NCBI GenBank assembly: GCA_023231005.1
Contig: JALNWG010000006.1
Coordinates: 43,060-107,059 of the forward strand
Direction: 5' to 3'
Length of the DNA stretch: 64,000 nt
Source: Bacteroidales bacterium
GTDB taxonomy: Bacteria > Bacteroidota > Bacteroidia > Bacteroidales > FEN-979
The position numbers and the translations under genes are program-made. Positions 21,607-30,510 of this stretch are shown piece by piece. How positions within the stretch are numbered: position 1 is the stretch's first letter; each line of letters begins with the position of its first letter. The notes beneath the pieces were generated by a model, which saw only the letters and a list, made by a program, of their open reading frames with translations, ran no database searches and was not told where the DNA came from.

Positions 21607-22794
21607 ATGAAAAAAATCGCCATTTTGTTGGTACTGGTATCAACCTTTACCCTTGCCTTTGGACAGAAAAATGTCCGGCAAACTGCCTCTAATTTTCTGA
21701 AAGATGGGAAATTAGATAAAGCGATGGAAGCTATTAATCAATGCGTTTTAGATCCTAGTACAGCACAGGATGCGAAAGCTTGGTTTATTCGGGGAAATAT
21801 TTATCTCGAAATTTCCAATGCAAAAGATGATAAGTATAAATCACTTGACGCAGATCCCTTGAAGAAAGCGCTGGAATCCTATAAAAATGCCATTGAATTT
21901 GATACAAAAAAGGAATATTATGATGATATTTTTGCAAAGCTGAACTGGCAACGGAATAACTATTATAACAGCGGGGTAGAAGCTTATAATAAACGTGATT
22001 ATAAAGAGGCTATGAAAGCATTCAGCAATGGCGCAGATGTAATCGATCTGGCAAAAGTGTCTGATACTTTATCGCTATTGAATGCAGCCACTTGTGCTGC
22101 ACTTGCAAATGAACGTGAATTTGCTAAAGAATATTATATCAGATTATTAAAGGGTAACTATAAATCACCGGCTTTATTTATGGCGTTATCAGATGTTTAT
22201 CGTCAGGATAAAGACTCTGTAAATGCAATTAAATATGTTCGGATGGGGCAACAACTATATCCTACAGATCTCCGACTTCTTTTAACTGAAACGAATATTT
22301 ACCTGACTTTTGGAAATACTGCTAAAGCTTTACGGAATTTACAGGTTGCTAAAGAAAAAGACACTGCGAATATGTCGGTTTTTTTCGCATTAGGTACTAT
22401 TTATGATAATATCTCATCTGACAGCGCTAATCCATTAAACGTAAGAGCAGAAGCTTTTGAAAATGCGGTAAAATCCTATAGTGATGCAATTCGTTTGAAT
22501 ACAAATTATTTTGAGGCAAATTACAATCTCGGAGCACTTTATGTGAACAAGGCAGCTGGGTTGAACGATGATGCCAATAGATTACCGTTAGATGCTACAT
22601 CTCAATATGATAAATTAAAGAAAGAAGCAGATGGTTTTTTAGAAATGGCGTTGCCATATCTTGAAAAAGCAATTGAGCTTCAACCAGGGGATTTGAATAC
22701 ACTCTATTCGTTGAAACAAATTTATGCACGTACCAATCGTCCGGATAAAATGAAAGCGATTCAGCAAAAGATAGATGAGACACAGAAGAAATAA
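21607..22794 (+). CDS. secreted TPR-repeat protein
   Basis: The ATG at 21607 (MKKIAILLVLVSTFTLAFGQ, a signal peptide) is preferred over the track start at 21559. TPR-like repeats throughout. Confidence 0.65.
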   Translation: MKKIAILLVLVSTFTLAFGQKNVRQTASNFLKDGKLDKAMEAINQCVLDPSTAQDAKAWFIRGNIYLEISNAKDDKYKSLDADPLKKALESYKNAIEFDTKKEYYDDIFAKLNWQRNNYYNSGVEAYNKRDYKEAMKAFSNGADVIDLAKVSDTLSLLNAATCAALANEREFAKEYYIRLLKGNYKSPALFMALSDVYRQDKDSVNAIKYVRMGQQLYPTDLRLLLTETNIYLTFGNTAKALRNLQVAKEKDTANMSVFFALGTIYDNISSDSANPLNVRAEAFENAVKSYSDAIRLNTNYFEANYNLGALYVNKAAGLNDDANRLPLDATSQYDKLKKEADGFLEMALPYLEKAIELQPGDLNTLYSLKQIYARTNRPDKMKAIQQKIDETQKK

Positions 22795-22811
22795 AGACTA
22801 ACACAGGAGTG

Positions 22812-22848
22812 ACAGGAGCGTAGTAAATCTATTCTCCTGTTTTATTTT
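22812..22848 (+). terminator. rho-independent terminator after the TPR gene
   Basis: Stem acaggag (22812-22818) pairs with ctcctgt (22834-22840), followed by tttatttt. Confidence 0.6.
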
Positions 22849-22994
22849 ACAACTTATATTTAACATAATATTAATTATAAGACAATTTGAAAAGTGCATA
22901 TATTTGATAATTAGTCCATTATGATTTTTTAAAATGACCAAAAAAGGTCAATTATGGATAACCAAAATAGGAAAATCAACATAAATGAGGTACA

Positions 22995-23050
22995 ACGAAC
23001 AGAGAACGAACAACATACGAACATGCAAACTCGCGCGTGTTTGCACGAAT
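22995..23050. promoter_or_regulatory. three 11-bp-phased ACGAACA direct repeats plus a near-perfect 22-bp palindrome
   Basis: ACGAACA at 22995, 23006 and 23017. Palindrome tgcaaac-tcgcgcgt-gtttgca at 23024-23045, then ACGAAT at 23045. Lies 50-105 bp upstream of ORF 23101. Confidence 0.3.
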
Positions 23051-23100
23051 ATGAGATATATAACAGATAGACAAGGTATTAACAATAATTAATAACAGGA

Positions 23101-23676
23101 ATGAGAAAAATAGCACTAACCCATATTGAGGTTCCTGAAAGCAGCAGTTTCTTAAAAGAGCGGAACTGTTTTAGTATCGCCCTGGGCAATGGCGTGATTG
23201 CCGGTTGGTCAAATGACCGGTTGGCAACTGATTTTATGGTGAAAATAAATTTGGAGTTGAATTATAAGCTCGTAACTCTCAATCAAATCCTTATTGAGAC
23301 TTACTCCCACTACCGGAAAGTTTGGTTTTATGTAACAAACTTTCCGGATCACACGGCAATTGAAAGAGCTATTTTGAGTGCATTTTCATCCATTGACCGT
23401 TGCTTAGACCTGGCTACAACTCGTGGACATTTTCCAAATGGTAATCATATGGTATTCAGACATTTATTTTCTTCACTGGATAGCCTTGATGAAATTTTGG
23501 CCGACCTTCAAAAGATTGAAAAGTACTGTAAACATTACGTAGAAGTACGAATGTTACAGGTTTTTAGGGACCGTGTTGGGTATGTCAGAAATGATCTTAA
23601 AAGCCTTGGTCAAGGTGAAGGAAATGTTGAAATGCGAACTGGTCCAGTAAACGGAAAATCAATATCAGCAAATTGA
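23101..23676 (+). CDS. hypothetical protein, co-oriented with and 4 nt upstream of the recombinase
   Basis: 191-aa ORF. No motif recognised. Confidence 0.4.
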   Translation: MRKIALTHIEVPESSSFLKERNCFSIALGNGVIAGWSNDRLATDFMVKINLELNYKLVTLNQILIETYSHYRKVWFYVTNFPDHTAIERAILSAFSSIDRCLDLATTRGHFPNGNHMVFRHLFSSLDSLDEILADLQKIEKYCKHYVEVRMLQVFRDRVGYVRNDLKSLGQGEGNVEMRTGPVNGKSISAN

Positions 23677-23680
23677 AATT

Positions 23681-24586
23681 ATGAATAATTGGAACTCCTA
23701 TTTGAAAGGTTTTGCAGGATTTATGAAGCTTGAAAGGTCGCTTTCAAACAAAACTGTGGAAGGTTATTCTTATGATGTATGGAAATTGAGGAATTATCTT
23801 GATATGGAAAACATCATTATCACTCCTGAGAAAGTAGAAGTAAAACATCTGCGGGGGTTCATAACCTGGATTAACAAGGAAGGAATAACCGCTCGGGCTC
23901 AGGTTCGTATATTGCATGGAATAAGGGCATTTTTCAATTATTTATGGTCGGAAGGTGCTGTAAAACAGAATATTGCTTTATTGATCGACTTACCAGTAGT
24001 GGGTTTTAGATTGCCTGTGATGCTCAGTGTTACTGAAATTGACAGAATGATAAGAAACATTGACCTCAATGCGCCGGAAGGCAAAAGAAACAAAGCAATG
24101 GTTGAAACGCTTTATGGATGCGGACTTCGGGTTTCGGAACTGGTTAATTTGAAAATTTCTGAATTATACTTTCGTGAAGGATACATCAAAGTAACCGGTA
24201 AAGGTGACAAACAAAGAATAGTGCCTATTGGAACAGTTGCAATGAACGAAATTAATGGATATATGCGGTTTGCTCGGCCACAATTAACCATTAAAAAGGG
24301 ACAGGATAACTTTGTATTCCTTAACAAACGTGGTTCTTCCCTTTCCCGGGAAATGGTATTTGTCATCGTTCAACAACTGGCAATTATGGCAGGGATAAGA
24401 AAACCGATCGGTCCACATACTTTAAGACATTCCTTTGCATCACACCTTTTAGAAGGTGGCGCTGACCTACGTGCAATTCAAGAAATGCTGGGGCATGCTT
24501 CCATTGTCACAACGGAAATCTATACTCATATGAACAAAGAGCATCTCAGAGACACTATTATAATGTATCATCCACGGAACAATTAA
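23681..24586 (+). CDS. xerD: XerD-family tyrosine recombinase (chromosomal XerD or island integrase; undecided)
   Basis: 301 aa. LERSLSNKTVEGY, ETLYGCGLRVSEL, HTLRHSFASHLLEGGADLRAIQEMLGHASIVTTEIYTH (the R..HxxR..Y catalytic set), and an HPRN tail as in Bacteroidota XerD. Confidence 0.8.
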   Translation: MNNWNSYLKGFAGFMKLERSLSNKTVEGYSYDVWKLRNYLDMENIIITPEKVEVKHLRGFITWINKEGITARAQVRILHGIRAFFNYLWSEGAVKQNIALLIDLPVVGFRLPVMLSVTEIDRMIRNIDLNAPEGKRNKAMVETLYGCGLRVSELVNLKISELYFREGYIKVTGKGDKQRIVPIGTVAMNEINGYMRFARPQLTIKKGQDNFVFLNKRGSSLSREMVFVIVQQLAIMAGIRKPIGPHTLRHSFASHLLEGGADLRAIQEMLGHASIVTTEIYTHMNKEHLRDTIIMYHPRNN

Positions 24587-24660
24587 TTCTTGGTATTGGA
24601 ATACTTATAGCTCTACAAAAGGTTTAAAAGTATAGCATTTATTATTTGCAAGCCAGAATG

Positions 24661-25242
24661 TTAACTGATAATACAAGTTATAGTTATCGTCAGCAACCCA
24701 AGTATTTCACCATCTACCGGTGCTTCTACCGGCACACCATCTTTAGGAATTGTGACAGCTCCATCCCCTGCAGCCAGGCTAAAATAAAGCCAGTTATCTT
24801 GTGACAGGGCTGAGAATGAAAAGACAGTCGTTTCTGTTCCGGTGTAGGCAGCCTGGATTGGCAACTGGGTTAAAAGAAGTCCCTGATCATTTACCCCGGT
24901 TCTGCATTCAATATTGAAATCCACCCTCGATTCATTGCTGAAATGAGAATCAATCCTCACTACTGTCTGGTCCTCATATAATCTCACAAAGACCATTGCA
25001 GATTTACTCGAAGGATTCGGGATATTCAGTATGTACTGTTTTACCTGCTGAACCTGGCCGCCACCTCCGGTTTCTCCCCATGGAATCCAATAACTGCCGT
25101 TCCACAGATAGGCTGTGAACTTTCCGGAATTATAATACAACTGCCCTTCTACCGGATTTTGAGGTAAATCCGGTAGATTATGCAGGACAGCGTTTAATAG
25201 TTGATTTTGTTGAATGTCCAGATTGGACTTAAATGAAGGCAT
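24661..25242 (-). CDS. phage tail-fibre-like protein (short paralogue)
   Basis: 193 aa. The N-terminal ~55 aa is homologous to the N-terminus of the 363-aa fibre (L.D...N.L.NAV..NL...P..P..GQ.Y...WNG..W). Confidence 0.5.
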   Translation of the reverse strand: MPSFKSNLDIQQNQLLNAVLHNLPDLPQNPVEGQLYYNSGKFTAYLWNGSYWIPWGETGGGGQVQQVKQYILNIPNPSSKSAMVFVRLYEDQTVVRIDSHFSNESRVDFNIECRTGVNDQGLLLTQLPIQAAYTGTETTVFSFSALSQDNWLYFSLAAGDGAVTIPKDGVPVEAPVDGEILGLLTITITCIIS

Positions 25243-25264
25243 AACAGCTTTTTAAGTTTCCAGA

Positions 25265-26356
25265 TTATCCCACAATTACGATCTGACCGGTAATTGCAGT
25301 TGCAGAAGTCCAGGTTACGTCACCGGCAGCGTTCACGTTGATGTCCACTTCAACTGAATAGCGGGTTGTTGAAATGGTTTCATAAACCGAAACAACCACA
25401 TCGGCGGTGCAACCATGTGTAGCAGCTGCAATGGTCTGAGTTGCAACACCGGTGATTGCTCCCACATATTTCTTGGTTCGCCCAGTGGTTTTTCCGTCAA
25501 CATAGGTCTTTGTGGCTTTCTGGGTTGCAAGCCTGGTATCACTGTTTGCAGTCAGAGTTCCATCAGTATCAATGACACCGGCCTTGAAATTATCGGTTTC
25601 AAGGTTGTTGATCGTATTGCTATCAGCATCGATGGATTTGTTGGTCAAGGTCTGGACGGCCGCCAACCTTACCAGATCAGAGGATTCAGTGTTGTCGACC
25701 CCGTCGAAGTCGGCAGCGACAATGGCGGAACCTTTGGTAACATTGGCAATTACCATATCACCAACGCTCACTCCGGCACCGGATGGAGTACTCACCCCGG
25801 AAGTCGTACCGGCAACAGTCACTTTCCAGAACCATCCTTTTTGAATGGTCGTGATCCCTTGGGCTGCAATGGTCTGGCTTCCATCAAAGGTACCTTTGTA
25901 AACCATCCCGGCAGTGATTTGACCCTGAATAGCCGCAACCTGACCGTCAACATAGGTCTTGGTAGCCTTCTGGCTGGCCACTTTCACATCGGAATTAGCC
26001 GCCAGGTTACCATCAATATCAAGGTACGCCAAAGGCATTTGCTTGATATCATCAACATTGGTCAACCCTACCTGTGCCTTGGTTGTGGCGTGAGGGTTGG
26101 AAGTCGATGCAAGATGGGTGTCAATCGCGGCATGGGTATTCGTACCCCGGTTGAGCAGGGAATTGTGATCAATAGCTGTGGGATCAACGCATTTTACCCA
26201 GACCGTTCCATTCCAGTATTTCTCATAATTATCCGTCGTGTCGAAATACTTCTGGCCTTTGATCGGGCTTGCCGGGGCCGATGCCAGGTTTTGAATTACA
26301 GCATTCTGCAATTCGTTTTTGTTGAAGTCCAACGGGACCAGTACTTTTTTTGCCAT
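25265..26356 (-). CDS. phage tail fibre protein
   Basis: 363 aa. Internal repeat [20 protein letters not shown] / [20 protein letters not shown], typical of fibre repeats. Ala/Thr/Gly/Val-rich. Confidence 0.65.
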   Translation of the reverse strand: MAKKVLVPLDFNKNELQNAVIQNLASAPASPIKGQKYFDTTDNYEKYWNGTVWVKCVDPTAIDHNSLLNRGTNTHAAIDTHLASTSNPHATTKAQVGLTNVDDIKQMPLAYLDIDGNLAANSDVKVASQKATKTYVDGQVAAIQGQITAGMVYKGTFDGSQTIAAQGITTIQKGWFWKVTVAGTTSGVSTPSGAGVSVGDMVIANVTKGSAIVAADFDGVDNTESSDLVRLAAVQTLTNKSIDADSNTINNLETDNFKAGVIDTDGTLTANSDTRLATQKATKTYVDGKTTGRTKKYVGAITGVATQTIAAATHGCTADVVVSVYETISTTRYSVEVDINVNAAGDVTWTSATAITGQIVIVG

Positions 26357-26384
26357 GTTTGTGATTTTAAGGTTTGTAAAAAGG

Positions 26385-27146
26385 TTAACTGTAAATTATT
26401 TTTCCACTTGCAGGTGGATTCAGCCGGATCACCATCTGATCAGTAGATTCATGAGTAATTTCCGAGATCAGTTCACGACCGGTGGTGTCCACAACAACCA
26501 CAGTCGGGTATTTTTGAAGGTTATGCTGAATCGTAATTTCGCTTTGGTTGACAAAAGATTGTACAACTTGAGGCGCTGAGCTTCCACCGCCGCCACCGGG
26601 AGTTCCTGAAGCTGCCGGGTCAACGATCCGGTAAAGAAAGAAAAGTTCGATCTGTGCGCTTCCGGATTTTGGGTTCTCACCACCGGACAGGCAAACATAA
26701 ACCGGGGTGTTGGTAAACAACTGTGTCGAAAAAACTGGCGTCATGCGCTGTATTTCCATCGACGAAGACATAAGAACCAATGACGGGAAATAACCCCAAT
26801 CCTGTGTTTCAGTATCGCCATCCGTTGTAACATTCAATGTCTGGTTAGGATAAATGTTCAACCCTCCAATTGGCGGTGGTGTCGGAGTGATCCGGGCAAT
26901 AAGAGAAATCAGGTCAATGATTTTTCCGGATCCCGGAGCCGGGATGATTACATGGATCTCTGTCAGGCGATTGCTTTCATCTTCGGTAATTACATGCTTT
27001 CCCGCAATGACAGGCGAAGACTGGCTATTTTGCAGACTGTTATACAGTTCTGTGAAGTTTTCATTGATTTTCTTCCCGCCAACGCGGAGTTTGTCACCCC
27101 TTTTATCGCCCGGTACAATCCCGAGATTTATTTCTTGTCTTGCCAT
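26385..27146 (-). CDS. phage receptor-binding / tail-fibre-like protein
   Basis: 253 aa. The N-terminal [23 protein letters not shown] resembles the GDxLRxxxxKxNxNFxxL motif of phage fibre and spike N-termini. A poly-Gly linker precedes a ~65-aa C-terminal domain. Confidence 0.5.
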   Translation of the reverse strand: MARQEINLGIVPGDKRGDKLRVGGKKINENFTELYNSLQNSQSSPVIAGKHVITEDESNRLTEIHVIIPAPGSGKIIDLISLIARITPTPPPIGGLNIYPNQTLNVTTDGDTETQDWGYFPSLVLMSSSMEIQRMTPVFSTQLFTNTPVYVCLSGGENPKSGSAQIELFFLYRIVDPAASGTPGGGGGSSAPQVVQSFVNQSEITIQHNLQKYPTVVVVDTTGRELISEITHESTDQMVIRLNPPASGKIIYS

Positions 27147-27149
27147 AGC

Positions 27150-28847
27150 TTAATATTCTATCTGGTCAAATGTTATTTCCATGTCGTCAAAGCTGACCTC
27201 TATATTATCCCAGGTCAGCGGCTGGGGAAGAATGACCGGATTAGCCGAGCTTTCCGGAACATGAACCGAAAAGAAGGAGTTCTGATACGAGCGTTCATAC
27301 TCGATTTCGAGGTTGTACATGTATTCTCCGTCTTTGAGGAATGGAGTTATTTTTGCCGATTTGACGACAATCTGGAACAGTTCTTTCCCGATCTGTTCAT
27401 ATGCCTCCAGGGATAAGAGAAGCTCCCTGAGGCAATTCTTTTCTTCAAGGGATATCCACCCGGAATTGGCTTTGCAGATTTCCGTCTCTTTGGCACTGAA
27501 CTGTTTGGCGGGAGCATTAAAGAAGGAGTATTTTTCCTCCCTGACAATGGAACCGAACAAGCGTTCATATTCCAGGTTGAGTTCGGACTTACCTAAAAAC
27601 CTGAAAGTATCATAGGCCGAAAAAGAGTTGCGATAAAAAAAGACTTTTTCATTCTCGAAAACCCGGGAATCGTTATTGAACACTCTGCGTTCAGATAGAT
27701 AGTCGTCATTGCTGTCCATTAGAAACACTTCCCATGACCGGACAACTTTGCCGGGCTGGACATTTACCAGGTCAAGATGATCAAACCCGACCTTGAATTC
27801 TATCACTGAAAAGGCAGGATAGACCACCTGAGGGGTTGCATTAATCACTTTGTGGGAACCATCGGTGAAATTGACGATTACAACCATTCGGTATTGAACA
27901 GCTGACGGGTTATCCTGAAAAAGGAAAAAGAGCTTTTCCATCACTCCGCTGCGGGAATACTTTGCCAAAGGAAGCCAGGAAAGAAATTTCTGCTTGTTTG
28001 CCGCAATGGAGAAGTATTCCAGGTATTTTTCATTCAGCGATGTCAGCAGTTCATGGTTAAGGCCGCCGGCCAAAGCATATTTCCAACCGTTCGACTGCAG
28101 GCCTTTGACATTGCCGGCAATGCTTTCTGCAAACGAAATCCGGTATTTGAGAAGGTAATCCCATCCGTGAGATTTGACATTGCCTGAGAGTTCAGGGAAT
28201 TCAAAACGTTGCATTTCCCAAGCGGTAAACTTTGACTGGATGTAATCCGATATATCAAACCTTGCACAACCGATGAAATCGGCGGGCTTGATGTCCTCCC
28301 CTATCGGATTATTAGCAGAATCGCGCACCAGGCACAGGATACCAAAGAAATCCTGGTACTGATCATCGGTTCCGGGAGTATTAACCCCCTGCCCTACCCC
28401 GATAACGTTGACATTTGAGAAAACTATAGAGCCATCAGTTCCGGAATTTTTCGCCTGAAGGTGGATCTTCCTGTTGCTCGTTCCCGGACCATCCAGCGTT
28501 ACGTTGAAATATTTCTGGATGTCGTAATTCTCAAGGAAACACTGATAAATACTGTTTGCAAAGTCATTGAAAGTCTGGCCGAAAGAACCCACTTCAAATA
28601 ACAGGCCGTCAAAGTCGGTAAGCCCGGCAGTTTTAAATTCCAGGGTTTTACCCGCAAATTGAAGTTTGAAGGAATGGCCAATTGAAGTATCAACTGCTGA
28701 TACCACCAGTTCAAAGGATGCACGGCTGCCAAGTGAGATAAGATAACTATCCGAGCAAGCTTCGTAAATGACGGGATTCCCGGCAAATGAAATGAAGTTG
28801 GGCGACTCCGTGATATCGATCATGGTGCAATAGTACCATGAGATCAC
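27150..28847 (-). CDS. large phage tail/baseplate-region protein, unknown family
   Basis: 565-aa ORF (alternative start MIDITESP at 28823). Lies between the tape-measure-proximal protein and the fibres. Tightly packed operon. Confidence 0.4.
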   Translation of the reverse strand: MISWYYCTMIDITESPNFISFAGNPVIYEACSDSYLISLGSRASFELVVSAVDTSIGHSFKLQFAGKTLEFKTAGLTDFDGLLFEVGSFGQTFNDFANSIYQCFLENYDIQKYFNVTLDGPGTSNRKIHLQAKNSGTDGSIVFSNVNVIGVGQGVNTPGTDDQYQDFFGILCLVRDSANNPIGEDIKPADFIGCARFDISDYIQSKFTAWEMQRFEFPELSGNVKSHGWDYLLKYRISFAESIAGNVKGLQSNGWKYALAGGLNHELLTSLNEKYLEYFSIAANKQKFLSWLPLAKYSRSGVMEKLFFLFQDNPSAVQYRMVVIVNFTDGSHKVINATPQVVYPAFSVIEFKVGFDHLDLVNVQPGKVVRSWEVFLMDSNDDYLSERRVFNNDSRVFENEKVFFYRNSFSAYDTFRFLGKSELNLEYERLFGSIVREEKYSFFNAPAKQFSAKETEICKANSGWISLEEKNCLRELLLSLEAYEQIGKELFQIVVKSAKITPFLKDGEYMYNLEIEYERSYQNSFFSVHVPESSANPVILPQPLTWDNIEVSFDDMEITFDQIEY

Positions 28848-28866
28848 AGGGAAATAAAGGACAGTA

Positions 28867-30498
28867 TCAGGGTGACGTGAAGCACTTGAGTTGAGCGGAT
28901 TTAATCGAGGATTTGTTCAGGGTGACGGAAATTTCACTGATAAGGTAATTGATCCCATTAATGCGGTAACGCTTAGTGAAATCAAGGTTTTTCAATTCTA
29001 TAAAATCCATCTGTTTTTCGATCTTTACGCTCTTGCGATCATCCATGATCCAGTTTACCCAATCTTTCCAATATAGATTGAATAACCCATTAGGGCCCGG
29101 GTACCGCAATGAAAAATTGCTGTTGTTGGCAAAACCCCTGAGCCTTACCGGTGTTCCCCACCCGCCTGCCATCCCCACCCAAAACAATCGAGGTGTAATT
29201 TTCTGGTAATCTGCTCCCAGGTTTCCGCAGTTCACCGAAATGTACTTATCAGGCAATGAGGAAAAAATCGTTTCGAACTTATTTTTCTCATCACCCCATT
29301 TGTAGAAGAACTTATCTGTGAGCATCGGCCCGGCAGGTAGTTGTTGCCATTCAATCAGAAATGTATAGGGGTTGACCGCCAACTGCCACCAGGTATTTGT
29401 ATCCACGATATAATAGATGTCTCCCAGCCAGGTAAATGGATATGGGGGAATATCAGAAAAATGCTGAACAGCGCCTTTGATCATTTCTGTAATACCTTTC
29501 TCAGCGTCCAGTTGTGCCTGGTATGCCATATCACCTGCATCAGGTCCCAACAGGAATCGGAACCCGGTAATCTGTTCGGGGATCTCCTGAGTGAGCGAAA
29601 GGATATTCTTTGAAAACTCCACAATCTCCGAGCGAAGCAACACCTCTTTGTTGCCGACGATGCGTATTACCCGTTGCCGGGTATCAACATGAAAACTGCA
29701 ATTGAACCACTTTTCCAGTCCTGCGATAAATTCGCTGACCTTCACATTTGGCACAAGGCGACAATAATAAAGCTTTTGCAGCCCGAACAAAACTTCGCTC
29801 AGGCTTACCGAATTGTAGACAACCAGGCGCGAAAGTTCGATGCTGGAAGTAAAAAATTCATCCTGCAGCCGGTACCCGAAAATTTCGGCCAGTTTGTTCA
29901 ATACGAATTTCAGGTAAAGAAAAGGGGTCAAAATGGTTCTGCATTGCCCGTCAGTTGTGTACTTTCTCAGCCAGCCATCAGGAAATATGTAGTTATAGGA
30001 CATCAGTTCCGGGTTGGTTGCCGGGGGATCATAAAAAGTAGGGTTACTTATTTCTGGCATCGAGAAATCCACCTCGGGATAAAAATGAGTCAACGACCAG
30101 TTGAAATAATCTACCGCCTGCTGATCACTCGCAAAGCTCATCATCCCTAAGTCCACCCGGTTCAAAAAGATGTCCTTCACCTCGAAATTGAAATTCCCCT
30201 TGTTGATGTATAGGGTTCCTTCAAATGTCTTCTCCCCGGCTGTTTTGATCTTGATCTGACCGGTGTACAAAACCATCCCGTTCCAGCGGATACTTCCTTC
30301 GAAAGTCTCATAGATGCTCCGGGTTGATGCGATCCGGTTCTTCCATCCCAGGATTGAAACATTTCTTGCAGTGGACGGAACCTTGAAGGGAAAAGAATAA
30401 TCTCCAACATCGTTGAAGATCGGAGATTTGAGATTCAGGGAAACCGAAAAATCATCGTTCAGGTCAAGGGATTGATCACCAATCAGGATGGAAAGCAT
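28867..30498 (-). CDS. large phage distal-tail-region protein, unknown family
   Basis: 543-aa ORF immediately downstream of the tape measure (12-nt gap). Positional inference only. Confidence 0.4.
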   Translation of the reverse strand: MLSILIGDQSLDLNDDFSVSLNLKSPIFNDVGDYSFPFKVPSTARNVSILGWKNRIASTRSIYETFEGSIRWNGMVLYTGQIKIKTAGEKTFEGTLYINKGNFNFEVKDIFLNRVDLGMMSFASDQQAVDYFNWSLTHFYPEVDFSMPEISNPTFYDPPATNPELMSYNYIFPDGWLRKYTTDGQCRTILTPFLYLKFVLNKLAEIFGYRLQDEFFTSSIELSRLVVYNSVSLSEVLFGLQKLYYCRLVPNVKVSEFIAGLEKWFNCSFHVDTRQRVIRIVGNKEVLLRSEIVEFSKNILSLTQEIPEQITGFRFLLGPDAGDMAYQAQLDAEKGITEMIKGAVQHFSDIPPYPFTWLGDIYYIVDTNTWWQLAVNPYTFLIEWQQLPAGPMLTDKFFYKWGDEKNKFETIFSSLPDKYISVNCGNLGADYQKITPRLFWVGMAGGWGTPVRLRGFANNSNFSLRYPGPNGLFNLYWKDWVNWIMDDRKSVKIEKQMDFIELKNLDFTKRYRINGINYLISEISVTLNKSSIKSAQLKCFTSP

Positions 30499-30510
30499 AA
30501 TTTTCTACGA

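Noticed and set aside
22797-24660. A tRNA/tmRNA gene or obvious att core at the left border of the island.
   Set aside because: No cloverleaf-capable sequence or tRNA-like conserved boxes were seen in 22797-23100 or 24587-24660. The right end is outside the window, so no attL/attR comparison is possible.
23681-26356. A recombinase-driven invertible tail-fibre switch (shufflon, or Gin/Cin-like), because a tyrosine recombinase abuts two fibre genes with a shared N-terminus.
   Set aside because: Both fibre genes are complete and co-oriented. I found no oppositely oriented C-terminal gene fragments and no inverted repeats flanking a segment. The recombinase looks like XerD, not an invertase.
25415-26446. 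A 343-aa plus-strand ORF, and several other 60-160-aa ORFs, lie antisense to the fibre, tape-measure, RND and ATPase genes (for example 29674-30150, 30565-31029, 55606-56040, 57667-58038).
   Set aside because: They are shadow ORFs on the opposite strand of long, well-supported genes. Their translations are low-complexity or Cys/Arg/Ser-rich, with no motifs, starts or regulatory signals.
24661-27146. A diversity-generating retroelement acting on the fibre genes.
   Set aside because: There is no reverse transcriptase ORF and no template/variable repeat pair anywhere in the window.
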